A stretch of 31,692 bases of DNA from Zymomonas mobilis subsp. mobilis ATCC 10988. Its GTDB lineage: Bacteria > Pseudomonadota > Alphaproteobacteria > Sphingomonadales > Sphingomonadaceae. Position 1 is the first letter of the stretch; each line of letters starts with the position of its first letter. The stretch covers positions 1 to 31,692 of the forward strand of contig NC_017181.1 in NCBI RefSeq assembly GCF_000175255.2, in the 5' to 3' direction. The notes below the pieces were generated by a model, which saw nothing but the letters and a program-made list of their open reading frames with translations, made no database searches and had not been told where the DNA came from. This document shows, piece by piece, positions 17,923 through 27,557 of this stretch. Made by a program: the position numbers and the translations under genes.

Positions 17923-19199
17923 TCTGTCTCCAAATTATAGCCTTTTAGCATGGAATCTCGTCCGAACGCAGCTTCAAAAACGATAGTTTTGCGCTAGCCA
18001 GATTGAATAATAAGGTCGGCAACGATATCTGTATTCTTAGGAATCAATGAGATAATTAGTTGAAATTCAACTCCAAGCTATCAAGCAGCCAGTCGTCAGT
18101 TTATCATCTCCAACATAAAAAAATTGGCATATACTGCTCTTCTTTATGCCAATTGTGAATTCTATAACGCAATGTTTCAAAACTCATAACCTGAGGCTAC
18201 GCCACTCGCATTCTACGAAAAATGATTTTGCCCTGTTTGGAGTGGTAATCCCACCCAAGCCCTCGGCGTAGAGGTGTCGCTTTTTATGCATTTTCTGATC
18301 TTATGCAGGACAGCCATAAATAACCTAGAATACGGCCTTAAGATAGCTTTATTCAATGAAATACGGCCGAAAATCTCTTATGCATATTTATGCAGCCTTG
18401 TCTATTGGTAGCTTCCCTTGTTTTCCTGTTAAAATACCCCTTGTTTCTCAAAAGCTATGTCCTCTTTTTTATCCTCGGGATTGGGCTTCAGTTAGCTATC
18501 GGCAGAGGAGTTAAAAAAGAGAGAGTGTGAGAAAAATAAGACCGGTATAATTATAGCAATCAGCTAGTAAGAAGGCTCAGGGAAATGCAATGGAATATAC
18601 AGGCTGGATAGAAGTTTGGATCTTTAACTGTTTGGTAAATCAGTCCTTCATTACAGAAGAAGATTCTCCATCATCCATTTTTAGTCAAGGCTTATGGACA
18701 GAAGATTGTAAGCCCAAAAAGCATTAGGATGTCTTCTCAGAGTAAAATATTTCCTCTTCTTGGTCCACTGGTCATATACCTTCTTTCTTGCTGTAGAGGG
18801 CTCTCTGGGCAGATAGCTTTTAGCTTTTGGAAAGGTATATCTCTTAACTATAGCCGATGAAATGGATCAATTCTTTTTAAAGAAGCAGTATCAAAACCCA
18901 TCAGTTGATATAAAAATATCAAGAGAGGTGTTTTTTTGTTATACTCTTAGCGTCCGGTTAACCCACCCTAGCCCCCGCGCTATACATGTCGCTTTTCTAC
19001 GCAATTTCTGATTCAACGCAAAATAAAAAATATCGCGTAAAATAGCCTTTAAAACACAAATTTTTTTACAAAAGTGCCTATTTTTACTGTTCGCAAATAA
19101 ACGCATGCTCAACGCATTTTGTAAAACGTAAAAAAGATGCCAAAAAATGCTTATTTTCTCAAAACCTAGACGAACTTTTCGGCTAAAATTTCATGGACT

Positions 19200-19390
19200 A
19201 GAGTGATCATCATTTCCCTTCATCCATGGCCTGAAGTTTCAGCTTTCTATGAATGTCTGCAGGTATAGACAAAAACGATTTGTCTTTTCTGCGTTATCAT
19301 CAGCGTTCCACTTTGCGACCCACTAATCAACATCAGATGGCTTTTTAACGGCACGCGACGGGCACGTTAAGCTGATTGAAGATGCTGTTT
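19200..19390 (-). pseudogene. Degenerate small partner gene downstream of the ParA relic
   Basis: Minus strand: ATGACC overlaps the ParA-fragment stop ('MTKTASSISLTCPSRAVKKPSDVD*'). Another frame continues 'RRKDKSFLSIPADIHRKLKLQAMDEGK*', an RHH-like C-terminus. Confidence 0.5.
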
Positions 19391-19393
19391 TGG

Positions 19394-19560
19394 TCATAAT
19401 GAAGCCCCTAACTCAAGTAATTCATTTTTAATGGCTGTGATCTTATCGGCCACAAAATTACGTTTATCTGGATAATCGAATACCGACAGGCCATCCAATG
19501 CGCTCTCGGCAAAGCGGACACGCTGTGATAGCTGACTATTTAATAGAGGTAGCTGATGAC
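19394..19560 (-). pseudogene. C-terminal fragment of a second ParA-family ATPase
   Basis: 'SQLSQRVRFAESALDGLSVFDYPDKRNFVADKITAIKNELLELGASL' resembles ParA C-termini (RxxFxEAxxxGxSVxEYxPxxxAxxEIxxLxxEI); no Walker motifs remain upstream. Confidence 0.65.
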
Positions 19561-19635
19561 TAGGTTTTGTTGACAAAGGGTATAATTTAAGATTTTTAGA
19601 GATAAATTGAGAACAAGTTTTGTAGGGCAGACAGG

Positions 19636-20056
19636 ATGCAAGGAGATCTGACGGACGCGGAATGGCAAATAATAGAGGGTCTTCTTCCAAGCGAACGAGG
19701 CCGTTGCGCACGTCCCGCAAAAAGCAATCGGTTATTTCTTAATGGTATGCTTTATGTACTTCGAACAGGCTGCCCGTGGCGAGATATGCATGAACGTTAT
19801 GGGAAATGGAATTCGGTCTATGTTCGATTTCGTAGGTAGGCGGAACAGGGTGTCTGGGATGCTCTTTTTGAAACCATAGTTGAGGGTGACTGAATAGATA
19901 GGACCATCATGTGCGCTTACAATCAAGCGGCTGGCGCAAAAGGGAGAATCTCAAGGAAGGCTTTGGTCGAAGCCGCGGTGGCTTTACGAGCAAGATCCAC
20001 GCCCGTTCCGATGGTCAGGGCTGGCCTCTAACTTTCGAACTAACAGGCAGTGAGGT
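19636..20056 (+). mobile_element. Truncated and frameshifted IS5-family transposase relic
   Basis: 'LTDAEWQIIEGLLPSERGRCARPAKSNRLFLNGMLYVLRTGCPWRDMHERYGKWNSVYVRFRR', then in other frames 'IDRTIMCAYNQAAGAK' and 'NLKEGFGRSRGGFTSKIHARSDGQGWPLTFELTGSEV'; homology then stops. Confidence 0.85.
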
Positions 20057-20374
20057 CTCTATTATTCTGATGCCAATAGCTTGATAGAGATTCCTGCCGT
20101 AGCACTACGACGTTTTCTCACTTTTTTATCTCGCGGCTATAAAATGGTGGCTATCTTCTATGTGTTAACAGAACCTAAGCTTCTGGATATTTTCCTAATT
20201 TATAGAAAATGCTGTCGTAGATTTTTAATTTGATATATTTTAAGGATTATCTTTAAAGTATCATATGGTTACAATATCATTTAAATATATATTTATTAAA
20301 TTAGATGCTTGTAATTATATAAAATACAATATTACTATTGCCGGAATAATATATAATTACAGGAATGGTATTCA

Positions 20375-21559
20375 GTGCCTTTTTCTTACTCTATATATAA
20401 AAAACTCCGTATTTTTGTAGGTATATCTTGCTGTTTTGTTGCGATTCCAGGATATACGGCTTTGGCGAAAATGAAACAAATGCCTGGTTTCGTAACGGCA
20501 TCGTCCTTTTTACCAAAAGCCTACAGCCTTCCGGGCGCAGGACGTTCCTTACGCATTACTTATCTTTCGACCAATGGCGTAACAGGGCAAGGTCTGGTGC
20601 CTGTCACAGCCGAAGTTATTTTACCCGCAGGGAAAGCACCGGCCGGAGGCTGGCCCATTGTCGCATGGGCTCATGGAACGGTGGGTGTCTCGAATAACTG
20701 CGCCCCATCGCGTAACCCTTGGTCGGAACGCAATAGCCGCTATCTGTCCGAATGGATGAAACGAGGCTTTGCGATTGTCGCAACCGATTATCAAGGTTTA
20801 GGAACGTCTCTCCCCCATCCTTATTTGAATACAAGGGCTGAGGCTTATGGTCTGTTGGATGCTGTAAGAGCGGCAATCTCTTCCGCAGCCCCTTTGGAAA
20901 ACAAAATAATGATTGTGGGGCAATCCCAAGGCGGAGGGGCGGCATTTGCTTCCGCAGCCTTTGCCCCCGAATATGCACCAGAATTGAATATTCGAGGCAT
21001 TGTGGCGACGGGCACCCCCTATATGACACCCGAACTTTTAAAACAGATTACAAAGCCATCAGACAATATGGCCTATAATCCAATGGTGGTATATTCTCTT
21101 TACCTCGCGCAAGGCTTTGCTGGCTATCATCCCAGTTTTAAGCCCAGTGAGATTTTTACAGCTCGGGCGATGCCTGCTTATCATGCTGCCGCCAAAATTT
21201 GTGTAGGGCCATTAGCCGCCAAGGTTAAAAAAGAAGGTCTGACTTTCGATAATTCTCTTAAACCCGATTTTTCTGAAAAAATTGCCCCCGCCTTAGCGGC
21301 AATGCAGTATCCGACGATGAAGCTTAAATACCCACTGTTCACTGGGACGGGTGAGCTTGACAAGGATGTGCCTCCAGCTTTGCAATTAGCTTTAGTGAAA
21401 GCGGCCTGCGCGGCAGGAACTACCGTTGAAGCGCATCTTTATAAAGGTTTAGATCATAGCCAGACCGTTAATGCGTCTCTGCCGGATTCGGCTGTGTTCA
21501 CAAATGCCGTTATGTCGGGAAAAATAATCACTTCTCAATGCGGGGCGGTTCCTCAGTAA
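20375..21559 (+). CDS. Secreted alpha/beta hydrolase, secretory lipase (LIP)-like
   Basis: Signal-like N-terminus; 'GWPIVAWAHGTVGVSNNCAPS', 'ATDYQGLG', nucleophile elbow 'IMIVGQSQGGGAAFASA', late 'LYKGLDHSQTVNAS'. Confidence 0.82.
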   Translation: MPFSYSIYKKLRIFVGISCCFVAIPGYTALAKMKQMPGFVTASSFLPKAYSLPGAGRSLRITYLSTNGVTGQGLVPVTAEVILPAGKAPAGGWPIVAWAHGTVGVSNNCAPSRNPWSERNSRYLSEWMKRGFAIVATDYQGLGTSLPHPYLNTRAEAYGLLDAVRAAISSAAPLENKIMIVGQSQGGGAAFASAAFAPEYAPELNIRGIVATGTPYMTPELLKQITKPSDNMAYNPMVVYSLYLAQGFAGYHPSFKPSEIFTARAMPAYHAAAKICVGPLAAKVKKEGLTFDNSLKPDFSEKIAPALAAMQYPTMKLKYPLFTGTGELDKDVPPALQLALVKAACAAGTTVEAHLYKGLDHSQTVNASLPDSAVFTNAVMSGKIITSQCGAVPQ

Positions 21560-21725
21560 TTGAGACGGATTTTTCTGAATATATCGGAATTAGGGGATTT
21601 GCGATTAGATTAGAAATAGAAAAGAGCCGTATAACGCCAGGGCTTAAAGTAAGTGATACGCTATGTCAGGTCATTCGAAATCGCTCAATTTTTCTGCCTT
21701 TTCCGATAGTTTAATCATCGTCTGT

Positions 21726-21759
21726 AAGGATAGGATAGCATCAGTGCCATCCTATCCTT
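21726..21759. terminator. Hairpin just downstream of the permease-peptidase gene, possible terminator without a T tract
   Basis: AAGGATAGGAT (21726-21736) and ATCCTATCCTT (21749-21759), 11-bp perfect stem; lies 11 nt past the stop of the minus-strand gene. Confidence 0.45.
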
Positions 21760-21769
21760 GATTGGTGGA

Positions 21770-24700
21770 TCAATTTTTATGGCTGTTTGAATCGATTTTA
21801 AAATCGGGACGCCATCGATAAAAAAGATCAAGACCTGTTTGCAAAGCCGCATAGGGCTGATCTGTTATATCGGATGGATTACGAGGCAAAATCTTTGAAG
21901 CGGCTTTCATCTTTTGTTGTTTCTCTTGTAATATTCCAAGAAAATCGGAGGTCGTTTTCTGGTCATATTGAGTGGCGACGGATTCTAGCCCCAAAGCGAT
22001 AGGAAAGCCTTCTTCCATTGCCACCGCATGGGGCGATGACGGTGCCAGAAAACGGGCATGATGCCATGATCGTCCTATTTCACGTCCAAGCGTAAATGTT
22101 AGATAAGCCCGAGCTTGCGGTCGTCTCATATCATGTAACCATCCTCGCCGTTCGGGGATATAGAGGAGTGAACCACTTGATCGCGCTTCGGCCAAGGCCT
22201 CCTCATCGATAAATTGGGGTGTTTCCACAATATTGAGTGCTTGAAAAGGGGGCGACCCAAAGCGACGCACTAGATGGTCAAGCACTAAGAGGGTTTCTTT
22301 ACTGATGGTATCCAAAGCCTGCCCGTGATTTTTACGGAATGTAAAGGTTATGGGGATAGGGGCTGATTTTGGATGTCGCCAAAGAAGCTGTTTCTTTTCT
22401 ACCCCTTTTACGGCGATGATCAGCGGATCAAGGGGGGCGTTATCAGCTGTGGCTTCAAGGATATGTTGTCCATCATGAATTTGCTCTGTCGAGGATATCC
22501 CGCTAGTATAGAGACGGAAGTCGGATGGTGCAGAGATTTTTATGTCGATCACGACACGTCCAGCCGAATCATTTAAAGCCGAGCGAGACGGATCATCAAC
22601 TGGCAACGGCCTTGATGGTAAATGATAGCGAAAGCGTTCATTTGTCTCTGCAAGCTCGCGTTTGCGATCATAATTCAAGCGCGGGAAGGCATTATTGTCC
22701 AATATGACAACATCCCGACCTATCGGCCATGCAAAAGCACCATCAACAAAACCCTGCCATCTCGAATGAAGCATAAAATCGATGGTTGTTTTTTCTCCAG
22801 CGGCCAAGGGATGATCGAACCGATAGATTTGAACCCGTTCCTGATGATCGTCATGGTGGAGAGAAAGACCCAGCGATTTATTGGCCAGTTTTAGGCGGCT
22901 ATTTTCAGGGATATTAACGAGAATAGCCGTGATCGGCTTTGAATCGGGATTGGAAACAGTCCATTTTCCTTGGGTCGTCAATAATCCTTTCGCGGGATTG
23001 ACTGAAGTTGCCAGTGCCATTTCTGTGATGAGTGGTCGCGGTTGGTTCCGCCATTGGCCATAAAGCTGTTCATATAGCGCTTGATCACGATAGTCTTCTT
23101 GCAAGCTCTGGGTATCGTTCACTTCATATAAGTCGCGATATATCGTGGCACCGGCTGTCAGCGTTACTATAAGCATGGCTGCTATGCTGGTGAGCGCTGG
23201 CCACTTTATGGTGATGTGACAGATCCGAATATAGAGGGGCTTTTGTTCGCCTCGAAGGTCTATATGGGAGGCCAAAACAACGATGATGCCGACTATTCCA
23301 AGCCACCAAGCTGCATAAAGCAGATGCCGCCATGTGTCGGCATCAAGCACTGAAAAAGCCGAAAAAATCATCGGCTGTGGCACGCCAAAAAGTGCTAGCC
23401 TTTCATTGATCGTGCCGGTTTCGTGCATGGCGATCCCGCCCCATAAAAGGATCAGGGGTAGTCCTTGCGCGAACAGCTTCTTATGCGTCAGAAGGTCAAG
23501 CGCCAGCGTTAAGATGCCGAATTCGATCAGCGGGAGAAAAAGATGTAAAAAAATCGAACGGATAAAATGCTGTGGTTCAGTTTCCAAGAAACCATTCGAA
23601 AATTGGAAAATGATAATCGACAGGCTTGGTAAGAGAGAGAATAATAGCGCCATATAAATAATAGCGATGAGCCGTCCGCCGATCAGGACGTTTCCGGGGA
23701 CGCTTGTCGCCGATATCAGGGACAACATTTTGCTCTCTCTGTCGCGTGCGGCAATTTCGCCCGCAAAATAAATCATCGCCATGGCGAGTATCATGTAAAG
23801 CGAAGGCTGGACGACGGTAAATAAATATTGGGCATAAGGGCGCATCTGGTTTTCGGGTAGCGCGTAGGCTGATTCAGCGCCCCATGCACTGGTGAGACCG
23901 AGCACAACCAAAGCGGCGACAATGACCCGAAAAACAGGTAATCGGATTGTGGCTGACCAGTGAATAGAGGCCAGATGGAGAAGAAGGCCAAGTCGGCTAT
24001 CGCTTTTGATATACAATAGCTGTCTCGGGGTATGTTTCCGGTGAGAAGATGACGGCGATGATTTCCGTCCTTTATTGAGCATATCTTCCAATCTGAAGCT
24101 GGCAGCTCCCCATATCAAAAAAATTGCCCCTATGGTGATCCAAATTATTCTGTTGCTGATAAGGATCATACTGGGACTAAGAAAATGGGCTGTTCTTTCA
24201 GGCATAGACCAAAATAAGGCCTGCGCATCTAGCGTTTGTTTCCCTATTGGGTCGATCAATTCAACCCATGTGTGATGGCCTGCTGAGGCTTTGAAACTGA
24301 CAAAGAATAAGGTGAATACCGCCATACTTAAAAGCGCAAAGCCGTAGCAAAATAGTAAGCGGCCTGAACGCGCTGCCAAGGCAAAATGAATACTGCCATA
24401 GATAAAACAGGCGGGTAGAACCCATATGATGGTCGCCCAGCCAATATGATTCCAGAGGGTGAAATGGCCAAACATTTGCCCGCCACCGAGAGCATGGGCG
24501 ATCCATGGTATGACAATAATCGTGACAGGAACGCTCATCATAACCATGACGGTTATGACCATGCCTGCCATATATTTTCCCCAGAAATAGCCCTCTTTGG
24601 AAATGGGTGCCGTATAGACAAGGGGTGCCATTTTGGTTCTGATATCCCGCAGCAGGGGAGCGGCCATCAACAAAGGCCCCAGAACCGCCACCCAAAAAGC

Positions 24701-24886
24701 CGAATACATGCCCCAATAATAAATGACAAAGCTGCCGTTATGCGGCACGCCGCCGCCGCCAAGATCGGATGTATCAGCACCAAGAAGTGCCGAGGCGGTA
24801 TAGCAGACCAATACAACCATCAGTAGCCATGGCACCCATGAACGCAAGCGTCGGCTTAATTCGTCTGAAAAAAGGCTCCAAAACAT
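21770..24886 (-). CDS. ABC-2-type permease fused to an M1-aminopeptidase-like domain
   Basis: 1038 aa; N-terminal hydrophobic permease ('GPLLMAAPLLRDIRTKMAPLVYTAPISKEGYFWGKYMAG'); C-terminal M1-like region ending '...LTFTLGREIGRSWHHA...HAVAMEEGFPIALG'. Confidence 0.8.
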   Translation of the reverse strand: MFWSLFSDELSRRLRSWVPWLLMVVLVCYTASALLGADTSDLGGGGVPHNGSFVIYYWGMYSAFWVAVLGPLLMAAPLLRDIRTKMAPLVYTAPISKEGYFWGKYMAGMVITVMVMMSVPVTIIVIPWIAHALGGGQMFGHFTLWNHIGWATIIWVLPACFIYGSIHFALAARSGRLLFCYGFALLSMAVFTLFFVSFKASAGHHTWVELIDPIGKQTLDAQALFWSMPERTAHFLSPSMILISNRIIWITIGAIFLIWGAASFRLEDMLNKGRKSSPSSSHRKHTPRQLLYIKSDSRLGLLLHLASIHWSATIRLPVFRVIVAALVVLGLTSAWGAESAYALPENQMRPYAQYLFTVVQPSLYMILAMAMIYFAGEIAARDRESKMLSLISATSVPGNVLIGGRLIAIIYMALLFSLLPSLSIIIFQFSNGFLETEPQHFIRSIFLHLFLPLIEFGILTLALDLLTHKKLFAQGLPLILLWGGIAMHETGTINERLALFGVPQPMIFSAFSVLDADTWRHLLYAAWWLGIVGIIVVLASHIDLRGEQKPLYIRICHITIKWPALTSIAAMLIVTLTAGATIYRDLYEVNDTQSLQEDYRDQALYEQLYGQWRNQPRPLITEMALATSVNPAKGLLTTQGKWTVSNPDSKPITAILVNIPENSRLKLANKSLGLSLHHDDHQERVQIYRFDHPLAAGEKTTIDFMLHSRWQGFVDGAFAWPIGRDVVILDNNAFPRLNYDRKRELAETNERFRYHLPSRPLPVDDPSRSALNDSAGRVVIDIKISAPSDFRLYTSGISSTEQIHDGQHILEATADNAPLDPLIIAVKGVEKKQLLWRHPKSAPIPITFTFRKNHGQALDTISKETLLVLDHLVRRFGSPPFQALNIVETPQFIDEEALAEARSSGSLLYIPERRGWLHDMRRPQARAYLTFTLGREIGRSWHHARFLAPSSPHAVAMEEGFPIALGLESVATQYDQKTTSDFLGILQEKQQKMKAASKILPRNPSDITDQPYAALQTGLDLFYRWRPDFKIDSNSHKN

Positions 24887-25773
24887 CAGTTTCTCCTGTC
24901 ATTCTTTTGCAGAACGGCGAGAAAATAAGCGTCCTCTAAATCGGGTGTTTTGGGTGTAAAACCTTCTGCTGGTTGGGTTTCCGACTGAATGACAACCAGA
25001 TGTAATCCCCGATGTATTCTACGGAAAACAAGCTGTCCGCTTTTGGAAATTTGGTCAGCCCTTTCCCGATCGACCAAGGCTTGCCAAAGCTGCCCCGATA
25101 ATGACGCGGTTAATTTCTCGGGGTCCCCTTCCGCCATAATCCGACCTTGGTTGATAACCGCAATCCGGCGACAAAGATTGCTAACATCTTCGATAATATG
25201 GGTTGAAAGGATGATGGCGGTATTCTCGCCAATATTGGCAAGAATCTGATTAAATCTGTTCCTTTCTGCGGGGTCTAGGCCTGCTGTTGGTTCATCCACT
25301 ATCAGTAATTTGGGATGGCCGAGCAGGGCTTGCGCGACGCCGAAACGTTGACGCATCCCGCCCGAATAATCACTAACCGGTCTGTTTTTAGCCGCATCGA
25401 GATTGACCATTTCGAGTAATGTTCCGATCTGATGCTCTCTTTCAACGGCGTTCGAGATGCCTTTGAGACGGGCAAAATAATGAAGCAGCTCTTCTGCACT
25501 GGCACCCGGATATGTCCCGAAATCCTGAGGGAGATATCCCAGTTTTGCGCGCATCTCTCGAGGGGACGCGAGCGCATCTATTTCTCCCAGATGGATGCTG
25601 CCCCTATCAGGGCGTTGCAAGGTCGCGATAATACTCATTAAAGTCGATTTGCCGGCACCATTAGGCCCCAGCAGTCCGAAAATACCTGAAGGCACATTGA
25701 GTGAAACATTGTTCAATGCATGAACGGGATTTTTGCCGGGGTAGATTTTACTTACCCCAGACAATCTAAGCAT
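24886..25773 (-). CDS. ABC transporter ATP-binding protein
   Basis: Walker A 'GLLGPNGAGKSTLMSII', signature 'DYSGGMRQRFGVAQALL', Walker B 'LLIVDEPTAGLDPAERNR'. ORF open to 25821; its stop overlaps the permease start (TGATG). Confidence 0.92.
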   Translation of the reverse strand: MLRLSGVSKIYPGKNPVHALNNVSLNVPSGIFGLLGPNGAGKSTLMSIIATLQRPDRGSIHLGEIDALASPREMRAKLGYLPQDFGTYPGASAEELLHYFARLKGISNAVEREHQIGTLLEMVNLDAAKNRPVSDYSGGMRQRFGVAQALLGHPKLLIVDEPTAGLDPAERNRFNQILANIGENTAIILSTHIIEDVSNLCRRIAVINQGRIMAEGDPEKLTASLSGQLWQALVDRERADQISKSGQLVFRRIHRGLHLVVIQSETQPAEGFTPKTPDLEDAYFLAVLQKNDRRN

Positions 25774-25841
25774 TGATTTGTCTTTTTCTAGTTGAGGCAA
25801 TATAATCCTCCAATGTTTCAAGTTTTATTTGATATTTTTGT

Positions 25842-27557
25842 TTAGGTTAATTTTAATTGTGTATTCCACATATTATAATAATATGATTTATTCTTGATCA
25901 AATCTTCGTGACAGCCTTCCTCTATTATAGATCCTCTGTCTAAGACGATGATCTTGTCGGCTGCTGTGAGTGTATTTAGTCGATGGGCAACCATGATAAC
26001 CGTCTTGCCTTTTATCAAGCTGCTGATGGCTTTTTGAACAGCATATTCCGATTCAGAATCCAAAGAGGCCGTCGGTTCATCGAGAATGATAATCGGGGTA
26101 TTTTTAAGTATGGCGCGGGCGATAGATATTCTCTGGCGTTCGCCCCCCGATAAAGATGACCCGACTTCCCCGACTAAGGTATCGTATCCTTGGGGAAGTG
26201 AACAAATGAAGTCATGGATATTGGCTGATTGGGCTGCGTGAATTAGCTCTTCTTCTGTGGCTTCGGGGCGACCCATTAAAATATTGGCGCGGATCGTATC
26301 GTTAAAAAGCCAGACATCTTGATAAACAATAGATAAAAGGCTGGATAACTGGCTTTGTGTCAGAGAGCGGATATCAACCCCGCCAATTTTGATTTCGCCT
26401 TTGGTCGGGTCTGCAAAACGGGCGATCAACTGAACCAGTGTCGTTTTTCCACAGCCGGAAGAACCCACTACACCCGTCAGAGATTCTGACGGTAACGCCA
26501 GATCAATATCGTGAAGAACAACCGGTGAGTCCGGATATTCAAACGTGACCTGATTAAAGTTGATGTCGAATTTTTGAGGAATGGCCTGCGGTTGGAGCTG
26601 GGGTAAGCCCTTGCTATTCAGAATATTCTTAATTCTTTGGAGTGAGATCTCTGCGATTTCAAATAATTTACTGATCGCCGCGATCGTATTGAGCGGTTCG
26701 ATAATATGAACCGCGATAATAACCAAAGCGACTGTTTTCGGAATATTTAAACTGTGTTTTTGGGCAAGACAGCCTGCAAAAGCGATCAGAATCACAAGGG
26801 CGAGTTGCACAATAAACTGACAGAGTGAAATATAACTGGCTGATGATTTGTTGCCGTGGCTTTGGATATCTTGTTGGTCATGAAAAACGGCCTCCAGACG
26901 AGGCGATTTCGCGCCAGCTTGCGATGTGGCTTTGAAAACCGCGATTCCTTTGACATATTCGATAATACGGGAGGCACTTTCTGCATCGGCTCTGTCAAGA
27001 TCGGCTGAACTACTATTGTAGATAGCCTGTATTTTATACAAAATCGGCAGCATGGCGATCAGCGAAACCGCCAGAATTAGTCCCATTCTGTAATCGAACA
27101 AGGTTATGGCGACCCATAACAAAATGGGTAACGAAACAACTTCAACAAAAATATTGGCTAAGGATGACAGGGCATTGGCGGCATTCATGACATTGCTGCC
27201 CATGATTTCAGAGAGGTCGCCGACATCTTTTTCTCTTAATTGCAATAAAGGCATTTTGTATAAAGCCTCGGCGAGACGAATTCTTTGTTCGCCGATGACG
27301 CATGGCCAATATTGGTAATTAAAATTCATGCTTTTGAGGCGGAAAAAGACTTCAACAACAATAGTTGCCGCATAAAAGCCGACCCATGACCATATTTCAG
27401 TATTCGGCTTGTCGTGGCATATCGCCATCATCAACGGCACCAGAACCGCATAGGATGCCACCTGAATAAGTGTCGCGATTATTGTATAGACAAGGGATCG
27501 CCGGAAATAACGGGCATAGCTTCCTGCAATCTCCATCATCAATTTATAAATTTTCAC
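25842..27557 (-). CDS. ABC transporter, fused transmembrane-ATPase (YbtP/YbtQ-like siderophore transport)
   Basis: 571 aa; N-terminal TM domain plus NBD 'GVVGSSGCGKTTLVQLIARF', 'SSLSGGERQRISIARAILK', 'IIILDEPTASLDSE'. Confidence 0.88.
   Translation of the reverse strand: MKIYKLMMEIAGSYARYFRRSLVYTIIATLIQVASYAVLVPLMMAICHDKPNTEIWSWVGFYAATIVVEVFFRLKSMNFNYQYWPCVIGEQRIRLAEALYKMPLLQLREKDVGDLSEIMGSNVMNAANALSSLANIFVEVVSLPILLWVAITLFDYRMGLILAVSLIAMLPILYKIQAIYNSSSADLDRADAESASRIIEYVKGIAVFKATSQAGAKSPRLEAVFHDQQDIQSHGNKSSASYISLCQFIVQLALVILIAFAGCLAQKHSLNIPKTVALVIIAVHIIEPLNTIAAISKLFEIAEISLQRIKNILNSKGLPQLQPQAIPQKFDINFNQVTFEYPDSPVVLHDIDLALPSESLTGVVGSSGCGKTTLVQLIARFADPTKGEIKIGGVDIRSLTQSQLSSLLSIVYQDVWLFNDTIRANILMGRPEATEEELIHAAQSANIHDFICSLPQGYDTLVGEVGSSLSGGERQRISIARAILKNTPIIILDEPTASLDSESEYAVQKAISSLIKGKTVIMVAHRLNTLTAADKIIVLDRGSIIEEGCHEDLIKNKSYYYNMWNTQLKLT

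Noticed and set aside
24261-24716. 151-aa plus-strand ORF antisense to the ABC permease
   Set aside because: Gly/His/Arg-rich shadow ORF opposite hydrophobic transmembrane codons.
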